64,000 bases of DNA from Bacteroidales bacterium UBA5072. GTDB lineage: Bacteria; Bacteroidota; Bacteroidia; Bacteroidales; UBA10428. The DNA lies in NCBI GenBank assembly GCA_002415855.1, contig DIAS01000126.1, positions 26,981 through 90,980 on the forward strand. The letters are read 5' to 3'. The notes under the pieces were generated by a model. The model ran no database searches. It had not been told where the DNA came from and saw only the letters and a program-made list of their open reading frames with translations. The stretch's first letter is position 1. Each line of letters begins with the position of its first letter. Position numbers and translations under genes: made by a program. Shown here piece after piece: positions 1-8,697 of the stretch.

Positions 1-19
1 TGAAAACTGAAAGCAGGAC

Positions 20-3000
20 ATGATGCACACTTTCAGCAAATACACATTGCTTACCTGTTTCCTTTACGGGATGTTCTTTGGCATAAGGACTGCAAGTCCT
101 CAAAACCAGAACCTGGTATTCAGGCACCTGTCCACTGAAGATGGATTGTCACAAAGTACCGTCCATGCCATTTACCAGGACCGGATGGGATTCATGTGGT
201 TTGGTACCAACATTGGGCTGGATAAATATGATGGTGTCACTTTCACGGGTTATCAATATAATGTAACTGATTCTATGACCCTTGCATCAAACTTTGTTGT
301 CGAAATATTCGAGGACAGCTATGGAACATTCTGGATTGGCAACGGCTATGCTGGTTTGAACCGATTTGACAGGGAAAAAGAGCTATTCTACAGGTATAGC
401 TATACGCCAGGTAAGCCGGGATGTATCAGCAACAACAATATCAGGGCTATTTTTGAAGATTCCAGGAAAAACCTCTGGATCGGAACAGCAGGCGGAGGGC
501 TGAATCTATATGACCGGGAGTCGGATTCCTTTATTCACTTCCGTCATGACTCGCTCAGTTCCTCAGATATAGGCACCAACTTTATTTCCTCCATTATCGA
601 AGACAAGAATGGTTATTTATGGTTTGGTTCCCAGGAGGGAATTCTGGTAAAGTATGATCCGCAAAGAAGGATAGGAAAGAGTTTTAAGCTCTTCAGTGAT
701 TATAGGGCCGACCTTTATAACACGACCTTCAGCCAGCTTTATATCGATTCGGAGAACGATATCTGGTTCGGGACCGAGAACGGACTTTATGTTTATGATC
801 AGGAAAAAGAAACCTTTCAGCATTTTGTCAAAGGGAATACCAACAAGAGTTTAAATGCAAATATGGTTGCTTCTGTATTGGAAGTGGAAAAGGGATTGTA
901 CCTCATTACCACGGACCATGGAGGAATGAACATTTATGATAAAAAATCGGGTACATTTAAATACCTGGTAAGTTCCAAACTTGACGAATCCTCATTGAGC
1001 AACAACCAGCTCTATTCTATCTACAGGTCTGCCGACGGCATAATCTGGATCGGAAGTTTTCAGGGCGGCATAAATATACTGGATGAAAATGCCAACAGGT
1101 TTCAGCAGTATAAAAACCTGGTTGATCCGTCTGAATTTCTAAACAGCAGGAATTCTGTGCTGACGATCTGCGATGACAAGGACAAAAACATCTGGATAGG
1201 AACAGACGGGCAGGGGATTGACATCATTGATCCAAAAACATTCCAGGTCCGGCGATTATCTGCCGGCAGGAATAACCCCAATTCCATTTTGGGTAACAGC
1301 GTTACGGAGATATACAGGGACAGGAATAACGATTTGTGGATCGGTACATACCTGCAGGGATTATCGAGATTAGACTGGAATACGAAACAAATGACGTATT
1401 ACCGGAATGATCTCAGGAATTCCAAAAGTATTGGAGGGAATAATGTGTGGACCATTCTTGAAGATGATGAAGGCATGCTGTGGATCGGTACCATGGGGAA
1501 TGGACTGGACAGATTGGACAGAAAAAGCAATGTTTTCACTCATTTTACAAACAATCCGAATGATCCGGAAAGCCTGAGCAACAATGATGTTTTCAAGGTT
1601 TTCCAGGACAAGGCCGGCCAAATATGGGCAGGTACAAGGAATGGCTTATGCCTGCTTGATAAGAAAAAAGGCAAGTTTACCCGGTTCATGCCCGATCATG
1701 ACAGAGAAAGCGGAATCTTCGGCGGATGGATCTATGATATCTTCCAGGACAGGTTGGGCAACCTTTGGATCGGAACCGATCAGGGTCTTAACCGCTACCA
1801 TCCTGAGGACAGTACCTTCGAACACTACCAGGCTAAAGATGGCATGAGTGGCAGTGCGGTGCTGACCATCACCTGCGATGCCGGCAATAATTTATGGATG
1901 GCAACCAATAAAGGGCTTTGCCGCTTCAATTACAGCCTGAAAGAGTTCCGCAATTTCAGTGTGGCCGGTGGCCAGCAGAGTAATGAATTTAACTATACTG
2001 CCGTCTTTTGCAGTTCGGATGGAATGATGTATTTTGGGGGTAAAACCGGTTTCGTTGTTTTTCATCCGGATAGTATCCGGGATATCCAGCGGATACCTCC
2101 GGTGTATTTTACACGTATTGCTGTAATGAATCAGCCTGTGGGACCTCGCCAAAAGAATTCAGTGCTTACCAAACATATAAATTTCGAAAAAACCATCACC
2201 CTGAAATACAAGCAATCGGTTATTTCACTTGAGTTTGCGGCACTTAACTATTCAAATCCCGAGAAAAACCAATACGCATACTGGCTCGAGGGTTTTGATC
2301 ACGGATGGAATTATATCGGGAACAAGCACGAGGTTACATACACCAACCTTAATCCGGGGAAATACCTGTTAAAGGTAAAAGGATCAAATAATTACAGCAC
2401 CTGGAATGAGGCAGGTACTACCCTGGAAATCATTGTTTTGCCACCCTGGTGGAAATCCTGGTGGTTTCAGGCCCTTTCTTACCTGACCCTTGCGGGATTA
2501 GTCCTCCTGCTTTTTTTACTGCGCATATCTTTTTACAGAAACCAGCAGAAGAAACTGATCGTGCTGGTGAAAGAAAGAACTTTTCAGCTGGAGGAAGTAG
2601 CTGTGACATTGGAAGAAAAACAGGAGGAGATCAATTCGCAGAACGAAGAACTGATGACACAAAGAGATGAACTTGAAAATACCAACAGTATCCTGATCGG
2701 TCAAAAGCAAAGGATACTTGAACAGAACCAGGAACTTGATAAACACCGGAACCAGCTTGAATTGCTGGTTGAGGAACGCACGCATGAATTGATAGAGGCC
2801 AAAGAGAAAGCTGAGGAATCAGACAGGCTCAAGTCATCTTTTCTGGCCAACCTTTCGCACGAGATCAGAACACCGCTGAATGCTATTGTGGGTTTTTCCT
2901 TGTTGCTGGGCGAAAAAAGGACAGACGACGAGGAACGTGATGAATACAACGCTATTATACAGAATAGCAGCAATACCCTTTTGGAACTAATCAGCGATAT

Positions 3001-3961
3001 CCTCGATATTTCCAGGATCGAGGCCGGGCAGTTGGAACTCGATCTTAAGGAAGTATCGCTCGAGGCCGTTATCAGTGACCTGGTGGGAATCTACGACCTG
3101 TTCATGAAACGTGAGGATATCGGCTCCAACAAGCCTGTACATTTCAGGGTAGCCATTGAGGATGTGATCCTGAAAACACAGTTGATCACCGATAAATTAA
3201 GACTTGAGCAGATCCTGTCGAACCTCATCAGCAATGCGATAAAATTTACCAGGGAAGGATATATAGAACTTGGATGCACCAAGGTAACAGGAGAGGAAAT
3301 GTTGGAGTTTTATGTTAAAGATACCGGTATTGGTATCAAGGAGGAGTACCAGCAGATCATATTTGAGCGTTTCAGAAAGGTAGAGGAAGACAAATCGCAC
3401 CTGCAAAGGGGAACAGGACTCGGACTGGCAATAACATCACAACTGGTAACCCTTCTGGGAGGAACAATTCGGGTTTTCTCAAGAGTTGGGGAAGGTTCTG
3501 TTTTTTACTTCACTATTCCCCTGATAAAGGCAGATACACCTTACATTCCAATTCAGAAGCTGAAAATGTCGAATATCGTCCCCGATTTTCTGGGCTGCCG
3601 GATTCTGGTTGCGGAAGATGATCTTTCAAATTTCCACTACATCGAAAAATTGTTGAAAAAGGCACATGCCAGTGTAATTCACGCCGAGAATGGTAAAGAA
3701 GTATTGCAGATTCTTCAGGTAGAACATGATATCCAGCTGATCCTCATGGACATAAAAATGCCGGAGATGGATGGCATTGAGGCCTTAAAGGAGCTGAAGA
3801 AACTGAACATTCAGATTCCGGTGATTGCCCAAACAGCCTATGCTTTAGCAGATGAAGTTGTGAAGCTGAAAAAGGAAGGATTTGCCGACTATATCTCAAA
3901 GCCTATTCAACGGGAACACCTGTATTCCGTTATTGAGAAATTCCTGCATCAGGTCTGTTAA
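20..3961 (+). CDS. Hybrid sensor histidine kinase/response regulator (periplasmic beta-propeller Reg_prop repeats + Y_Y_Y + TM + coiled coil + HisKA + HATPase_c + REC), no AraC output domain
   Basis: Repeated D-x-x-G-x-LWIGT-x-G-x-GL blades; Y_Y_Y 'YAYWLEGFD..W...YTNLNPGKY'; H-box 'FLANLSHEIRTPLNAI'; N/G boxes 'NLISNAIKFT', 'DTGIGI', 'GTGLGLAI'; REC 'ILVAEDD..LILMDIKMPEMDG..KP'. Confidence 0.95.
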   Translation: MMHTFSKYTLLTCFLYGMFFGIRTASPQNQNLVFRHLSTEDGLSQSTVHAIYQDRMGFMWFGTNIGLDKYDGVTFTGYQYNVTDSMTLASNFVVEIFEDSYGTFWIGNGYAGLNRFDREKELFYRYSYTPGKPGCISNNNIRAIFEDSRKNLWIGTAGGGLNLYDRESDSFIHFRHDSLSSSDIGTNFISSIIEDKNGYLWFGSQEGILVKYDPQRRIGKSFKLFSDYRADLYNTTFSQLYIDSENDIWFGTENGLYVYDQEKETFQHFVKGNTNKSLNANMVASVLEVEKGLYLITTDHGGMNIYDKKSGTFKYLVSSKLDESSLSNNQLYSIYRSADGIIWIGSFQGGINILDENANRFQQYKNLVDPSEFLNSRNSVLTICDDKDKNIWIGTDGQGIDIIDPKTFQVRRLSAGRNNPNSILGNSVTEIYRDRNNDLWIGTYLQGLSRLDWNTKQMTYYRNDLRNSKSIGGNNVWTILEDDEGMLWIGTMGNGLDRLDRKSNVFTHFTNNPNDPESLSNNDVFKVFQDKAGQIWAGTRNGLCLLDKKKGKFTRFMPDHDRESGIFGGWIYDIFQDRLGNLWIGTDQGLNRYHPEDSTFEHYQAKDGMSGSAVLTITCDAGNNLWMATNKGLCRFNYSLKEFRNFSVAGGQQSNEFNYTAVFCSSDGMMYFGGKTGFVVFHPDSIRDIQRIPPVYFTRIAVMNQPVGPRQKNSVLTKHINFEKTITLKYKQSVISLEFAALNYSNPEKNQYAYWLEGFDHGWNYIGNKHEVTYTNLNPGKYLLKVKGSNNYSTWNEAGTTLEIIVLPPWWKSWWFQALSYLTLAGLVLLLFLLRISFYRNQQKKLIVLVKERTFQLEEVAVTLEEKQEEINSQNEELMTQRDELENTNSILIGQKQRILEQNQELDKHRNQLELLVEERTHELIEAKEKAEESDRLKSSFLANLSHEIRTPLNAIVGFSLLLGEKRTDDEERDEYNAIIQNSSNTLLELISDILDISRIEAGQLELDLKEVSLEAVISDLVGIYDLFMKREDIGSNKPVHFRVAIEDVILKTQLITDKLRLEQILSNLISNAIKFTREGYIELGCTKVTGEEMLEFYVKDTGIGIKEEYQQIIFERFRKVEEDKSHLQRGTGLGLAITSQLVTLLGGTIRVFSRVGEGSVFYFTIPLIKADTPYIPIQKLKMSNIVPDFLGCRILVAEDDLSNFHYIEKLLKKAHASVIHAENGKEVLQILQVEHDIQLILMDIKMPEMDGIEALKELKKLNIQIPVIAQTAYALADEVVKLKKEGFADYISKPIQREHLYSVIEKFLHQVC

Positions 3962-3966
3962 ATAAA

Positions 3967-3990
3967 AAGAGGCTTTTGATAAAGCCTCTT
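3967..3990. terminator. Bidirectional intrinsic terminator between the hybrid kinase and tRNA-His
   Basis: Perfect 10-bp stem AAGAGGCTTT-tgat-AAAGCCTCTT immediately after the kinase stop, between convergent genes. Confidence 0.75.
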
Positions 3991-3992
3991 CG

Positions 3993-4067
3993 GGTGGATG
4001 ACCGGGCTCGAACCGGCGACCTCCAGAGCCACAATCTGGCGCTCTGACCAACTGAGCTACAACCACC
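3993..4067 (-). tRNA. tRNA-His (GUG), G-1 encoded, CCA not encoded
   Basis: Reverse complement GGTGGTTGTAGCTCAGTTGGTCAGAGCGCCAGATTGTGGCTCTGGAGGTCGCCGGTTCGAGCCCGGTCATCCACC: D-arm AGCTCAGTTGG, anticodon arm CCAGA-TTGTGGC-TCTGG, T-loop GGTTCGA. Confidence 0.97.
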
Positions 4068-4079
4068 ATTTTGGGAGGG

Positions 4080-4087
4080 CAAATTTA
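4080..4087 (-). promoter_or_regulatory. Bacteroidota primary-sigma -7 element for tRNA-His
   Basis: TAAATTTG on the minus strand (consensus TAnnTTTG) 12 nt upstream of the tRNA 5' end. Confidence 0.6.
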
Positions 4088-4229
4088 ATGATCTTTTCAA
4101 GTTTTAAAAATAAAAGACTGAAAAAAAAGATTCATATAACCAGCAACGATTCAGCATTTTAAGATTTTTGTCAGGATTTAGTGTGAAAAAGAGTATTAAT
4201 TTAGGCCACTTTCCAATAAATCAGATGAA

Positions 4230-5699
4230 ATGAGGGATCTTGAAAAATATTTTGGGCCTTTCAGAGAGCAGATCATTGGTAATGATGCTTTCTACGAGTC
4301 CCCCTATGGGAGAAAAAAAATCCACTATTTTGACTGGATTGCAGGGGGTCGTTTGTACAAGCCAATCGAGGACAAGATCACCCGTGTTTTTGGGCCATTT
4401 GTTGCCAATACGCATACTGAAACCTGTGAAGTCGGCACCCGGATGACACTATGCTACCGGTATGCGCATGAATTCATCAAGAAGCATGTAAATGCCGGGC
4501 CCAATGATGTGATTATTACCGCCGGATCCGGAATGACATCAGTGGTGAACAAACTGCAGCGTATCCTGAGTTTGCGTACGACCAATAAACGTATCCGGAA
4601 TGAATGCATGGACATCCACGACCGACCGGTAGTATTTATCACCCACATGGAACATCATTCCAACCAAACATCCTGGTATGAGACCATGGCCGATGTAGTC
4701 ATGATACCTCCAAGCGGGTCCCTGCTGATTGATCCGGAGGCCTTGCGTACTGCGATGAAGGGTTATGCTGACCGGAAATTCAAAATTGGGGCATTCACAG
4801 CCTGTTCCAATGTTACCGGCATTATTACACCCTATCATGAGATGGCCCGTATCATGCATGAGAACCAGGGACTTTGCTTCATTGACTTCGCAGCCTCAGC
4901 ACCCTATGTGGATATAAATATGCATCCGGCAGATCCCCTGCAAAAGCTGGATGCCATCTATTTCTCCCCTCACAAGTTTCTGGGAGGACCCGGGTCATCG
5001 GGTGTGCTGATTTTTGATTCCTCTTTGTACCATTCCGATGTTCCGGATGATCCTGGCGGGGGTACTGTCGATTGGACAAATCCTTGGGGTGAATACAAAT
5101 ACGTAGATGACATTGAATCGCGCGAGGATGGCGGCACCCCTGGTTTCCTTCAGGCCATCAGGGCTGCGCTGGCCCTTGAACTGAAGGAGAAGATGGGGAC
5201 CAGTCAAATCATGCGGCGCGAGGAAGAACTGGTGAGCAAGGCCATGGAAGGTCTGAGAAAAATAAAGGGTATCAACATTCTGGCGGGAAATGCGGAGCAC
5301 CGTCTGGGAATTATTTCCTTCTATCATCAGGACATCCATTTCAACCTGATCGTCAAATTGCTCAGTGACCGGTACGGCATTCAGGTCAGGGGTGGTTGCG
5401 TATGTGCCGGTACTTACGGGCATTTCCTGCTCCAGGTTACTTATGACCGCTCACACGAGATAACGGAAAAGATTAATCATGGTGACCTGTCAGAAAAACC
5501 GGGATGGGTAAGGGTTTCTCTTCACCCCGTAATAACAGATGAAGAATTGCGGTACTTTCTCATGGCTTTAAATGAGATCGTACAAAATCATCAGGAATGG
5601 AAAAAAGATTATATTTATAATCCGAAAAAAAATGAATTCGAGCACTGCTCCGCACCAGGTGTCACGCCCGGATGGTTGCAGGAATGGTTTAAACTGTAA
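4230..5699 (+). CDS. Class V PLP-dependent aminotransferase / cysteine desulfurase-selenocysteine lyase-like protein
   Basis: 'MEHHSN', 'SNVTG', 'DFAASAPY', PLP-Lys motif 'SPHKFLGGPG', 'GGTP', 'RGGCVCAGTYGH'. Confidence 0.9.
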   Translation: MRDLEKYFGPFREQIIGNDAFYESPYGRKKIHYFDWIAGGRLYKPIEDKITRVFGPFVANTHTETCEVGTRMTLCYRYAHEFIKKHVNAGPNDVIITAGSGMTSVVNKLQRILSLRTTNKRIRNECMDIHDRPVVFITHMEHHSNQTSWYETMADVVMIPPSGSLLIDPEALRTAMKGYADRKFKIGAFTACSNVTGIITPYHEMARIMHENQGLCFIDFAASAPYVDINMHPADPLQKLDAIYFSPHKFLGGPGSSGVLIFDSSLYHSDVPDDPGGGTVDWTNPWGEYKYVDDIESREDGGTPGFLQAIRAALALELKEKMGTSQIMRREEELVSKAMEGLRKIKGINILAGNAEHRLGIISFYHQDIHFNLIVKLLSDRYGIQVRGGCVCAGTYGHFLLQVTYDRSHEITEKINHGDLSEKPGWVRVSLHPVITDEELRYFLMALNEIVQNHQEWKKDYIYNPKKNEFEHCSAPGVTPGWLQEWFKL

Positions 5700-5703
5700 T
5701 GGC

Positions 5704-6894
5704 ATGGTACTAATTGAAGTAAATGACAAGCAAACCAGCAGGGAATTCCTGGAAGTTCCAAAGTTTTTGTACAAGGATGATCCGAACTGGACATGTCCGC
5801 TTGATATGGAGATTGAAAATACTTTCAATCCTGCGAGAAATTCATGTTTTAAGCACGGCGATGCCCGGCGCTGGATCATGAAAGACGAGCAGGGTAAACT
5901 GATCGGTAGAATAGCTGCTTTTTTTGATGAGAAAAAGGCAAATCATAATCCGCAACCCACAGGGGGTATTGGTTTCTTCGAGTGCATCAACAATCACGAT
6001 GTCGCTTACAGGTTGTTCAATGTGGCAAAGGAATGGCTGACGCAACAGGGAATGAAGGCCATGGATGGCCCGATTAACTTTGGTGAGAACTTTGTAAACT
6101 GGGGACTGCTGGTTGAAGGTTTCATGCCCCAGGGCTATGGAATGCCTTATAATTTTCCCTACTACAGGGAGATCTTTGAAAGTTATGGTTTTAAAACCTA
6201 TTTTGAGCAATACAGTTTTCATGACAACTTCAGCCGGCCTTATCCTGCTGCCATGCGAGCATTTGGTGAAAGGCTGTGGAAAAAGCCTGAATTCTCCTTC
6301 AGACATATCGAGATGAAAAACGCAGAGAAATACCTGCGTGATCTCGTGGTTATGTACGACAAGGTATGGTCTGACTTTCTGGAGAATTATACCCCGCTTA
6401 AATTTGAAGACCTGAACCAGATCTTTCAGGATGCAAAAGCAATGCTCGATGAGAGATTCATATGGTTTGCCTATCACAACGGCGACCCGGTGGGTTTCCT
6501 CATTGTTTTTCCTGATATCAATCAGGTATTAAGAAAACTTAAAAACGGCAAGCTTAATTTCTGGAATATACTAAAACTGTTGTATTATAAAAAGAAGGCA
6601 GTCACGCGCGGAAGATTGCTGTTATCCGGTGTCATACCTGAATTTCAACGTACGGGCGTGGTTGGGGGGATGTATATTAAGCTAACCGATTCCATGAGGG
6701 CATCCGGCATGGAAGAACTTGAGTTATCGTGGGTTGGTGATTATAATATAACGGTAAATCGTATGTACGGCCAGTTTGGGGCAACCAAGGAAAAAACCCA
6801 TATCACGTACAGGTACCTGTTTGATCCCGATGCTCCCTACCAGAGATTTGCCAACATGAGCAATAAATTCTCAAAAGACAGGAAAAAGGAGTAA
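5704..6894 (+). CDS. Double-GNAT acyltransferase of the YghO/bacterial ceramide synthase (bCerS)-like family
   Basis: 'LYKDDPNW..PL', 'GRIAAF', 'GFFECIN', 'GP..F...GLLVEGF', 'MPYNFPYY', 'GV.PEFQ..G', 'ELSWV...N'. Start moved from 5572 to ATG 5704, 4 nt after the upstream stop. Confidence 0.75.
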   Translation: MVLIEVNDKQTSREFLEVPKFLYKDDPNWTCPLDMEIENTFNPARNSCFKHGDARRWIMKDEQGKLIGRIAAFFDEKKANHNPQPTGGIGFFECINNHDVAYRLFNVAKEWLTQQGMKAMDGPINFGENFVNWGLLVEGFMPQGYGMPYNFPYYREIFESYGFKTYFEQYSFHDNFSRPYPAAMRAFGERLWKKPEFSFRHIEMKNAEKYLRDLVVMYDKVWSDFLENYTPLKFEDLNQIFQDAKAMLDERFIWFAYHNGDPVGFLIVFPDINQVLRKLKNGKLNFWNILKLLYYKKKAVTRGRLLLSGVIPEFQRTGVVGGMYIKLTDSMRASGMEELELSWVGDYNITVNRMYGQFGATKEKTHITYRYLFDPDAPYQRFANMSNKFSKDRKKE

Positions 6895-6900
6895 TTATAT

Positions 6901-6931
6901 TTTGTCGTTAGAAAATGATTACTTATTTTTG
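6901..6931 (+). promoter_or_regulatory. Canonical Bacteroidota sigma promoter for rpmE2
   Basis: TTTG (6901-6904), 19-nt spacer, TATTTTTG (6924-6931). Confidence 0.7.
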
Positions 6932-6968
6932 CAACCCATTTGAAATAGTTTGAATAAAGTATAAAGAG

Positions 6969-7235
6969 ATGAAAAAAGGAATACATCCCGAAACATACAG
7001 GCTGGTGGCCTTCAGGGACATGTCAAACGGTCATACTTTCCTTACCAGATCAACTGCATCGTCAAGAGAAACTGTTACACTTGAGGATGGTATTGAATAT
7101 CCGCTGGTTAAGCTTGAAATTTCCAATACTTCACATCCCTTTTATACAGGTAAGATGAAACTGGTTGATACTGCAGGACGTGTGGATAAGTTCATGAATC
7201 GGTACAAAAGTCATTTCGACAAGAAAAAGAAATAG
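6969..7235 (+). CDS. rpmE2: 50S ribosomal protein L31 type B (Zn-free, no Cys)
   Basis: '[19 protein letters not shown]', '[26 protein letters not shown]'. Confidence 0.97.
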   Translation: MKKGIHPETYRLVAFRDMSNGHTFLTRSTASSRETVTLEDGIEYPLVKLEISNTSHPFYTGKMKLVDTAGRVDKFMNRYKSHFDKKKK

Positions 7236-7264
7236 TGGAGGTTTTCCTCCTGCGAGCATACAAG

Positions 7265-7300
7265 GCTCCGTTTCATCTGCTGGGAAACGGAGCTTTTTTT
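7265..7300 (+). terminator. Rho-independent terminator after rpmE2
   Basis: GCTCCGTTTC...GAAACGGAGC stem followed by T7. Confidence 0.8.
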
Positions 7301-7359
7301 ATTCCCCGGCCGAAACTGAAAATTATTGAGTAACTTTACGCCATACCCGGTTATATCCT

Positions 7360-8565
7360 ATGTCAGCCAACCACAGGAATTATATCGTTTTTGAAGATCT
7401 GCACCGTGACCATCTACTGCCCTTTGTTTTTACAAAGCCTGTTGCAGAAATTCGCATTGGTATCCTGACCATCAGGGAAAAATGGGAAAAATGGAGCGGG
7501 CAGTCATTCTCACATCTTACACAGGAATACCTGCAGGAGAAATTTCCGCTTGTATCCGGAGAGGAAAACATCGTCATCAACGGCTCGGTTACGCCAAATG
7601 CTTCACTGGTTTCTGAGATCCAGGAATTAAACTGCAACGAAGCCCTCGTCAGGGAAAACTTGCTTGTTGCTGCATGTCTTGACCGCTTTTCGCTTGAAAA
7701 CTTCGGCAGGCAGATACCTGAAGGATGCACGGTGAAACAGGTCCGCGCTGATTTTAGGCACATTTCAAAGCTGTGGCACATTTTTAAATTCAACGGAGAG
7801 GAATTGCAGTCTGACTTTTCCCTGATCACCGCCGGCCGGACCTCACAGCCCATCAGTACAACCAACCAGCTGATCAATCCCGAAAACATATTTGCAGAAG
7901 AGGGCGCCAGAGTAGAATGTTCAATAATCAATGCATCCACAGGACCTGTCTACATCGGCAGGAATTCGGAAATCATGGAAGGCGCGATTGTTCGCGGTTC
8001 ACTGGCCCTTTGCGAGGGTGCAAAGATCAAGATGGGGGCAAGGATTTACGGACCAACCACCATTGGCCCTTACTCCAAGGCTGGCGGGGAGGTGACGAAT
8101 ACTGTTTTCATGAGTTACACAAACAAGGTACACGATGGGTATATGGGAAATTCTGTGATCGGCGATTGGTGTAATATAGGAGCGGGTTCCAATACATCTA
8201 ACCTGAAAAACAACTACACCCTGGTAAGGTTGTGGAATTATGCGACGGGCAGGGAGGAGGAGACAGGGCTGCAATTCTGCGGATTGTTTATGGGAGACTA
8301 TTCAAGATGCGGTATCAATACCATGTTCAATACCGGTACAATTGTGGGGGTATCTTCGAACATTTACGGATCGGGGTACCCCGGTAGCTTTATTCCTTCT
8401 TTTTCGTGGGGAGGTGCGGCCGGATTTGAAACCTACAGGGTAGGGAAGGCCATTGATACCATTGGCAACGGACTTTCACGCCGCCAGCTGGAGTTTACCG
8501 AAACTGATAAAAAAATAATCAACCGTGTTTTTTCGCTTACGGGCCGTTATCGTAAATCCATATGA
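7360..8565 (+). CDS. GlmU-family putative sugar nucleotidyltransferase (NTP_transf_4 + left-handed beta-helix)
   Basis: 'LLPFVFTKPVAEIRIGILTIREKW', hexapeptide region 'GPVYIG..EIMEG..VRG', 'GAGSNTSNLKNNY', 'GLQFCGL.MGD'. Confidence 0.85.
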   Translation: MSANHRNYIVFEDLHRDHLLPFVFTKPVAEIRIGILTIREKWEKWSGQSFSHLTQEYLQEKFPLVSGEENIVINGSVTPNASLVSEIQELNCNEALVRENLLVAACLDRFSLENFGRQIPEGCTVKQVRADFRHISKLWHIFKFNGEELQSDFSLITAGRTSQPISTTNQLINPENIFAEEGARVECSIINASTGPVYIGRNSEIMEGAIVRGSLALCEGAKIKMGARIYGPTTIGPYSKAGGEVTNTVFMSYTNKVHDGYMGNSVIGDWCNIGAGSNTSNLKNNYTLVRLWNYATGREEETGLQFCGLFMGDYSRCGINTMFNTGTIVGVSSNIYGSGYPGSFIPSFSWGGAAGFETYRVGKAIDTIGNGLSRRQLEFTETDKKIINRVFSLTGRYRKSI

Positions 8566-8697
8566 TTTGAACATGTGATCAGCCGCCTCTTGTCGCAACA
8601 TGGCATGAAGATTGTCTGTAAGAAACAGAACAAAAGAATCGGCTCCCGGCTGACAATTTGTCTTTTAATTTGTTAATCTCACAAGTGGATTGTTTTT

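Noticed and set aside
130-2050. Repetitive sequence in the hybrid kinase as a CRISPR or tandem repeat
   Set aside because: These are degenerate protein-level beta-propeller repeats. No identical direct repeats with spacers occur anywhere in the window.
3967-4067. tRNA-His 3' end as an integration site
   Set aside because: No integrase, no visible direct repeat of the tRNA 3' end in the window, and no obvious compositional break.
5572-5703. ORF-track upstream extensions (also 14364, 31392, 44443, 50605, 61859)
   Set aside because: The extensions overlap neighbouring genes or promoters and lack family similarity. Downstream ATGs give proper N-termini or signal peptides.
5842-6477. 211-aa minus-strand ORF, and the many other 60-190 aa ORFs nested in or antisense to assigned genes
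   Set aside because: They lie fully inside well-supported CDSs and show no recognisable domains.
8652-8662. GACAA-t-TTGTC palindrome upstream of lon, with loosely similar TGAC..TG(G/T)C words near 22704 and 61839
   Set aside because: 5-bp arms are expected by chance and the spacing differs between sites. A genome-wide heat-shock regulon scan would be needed.
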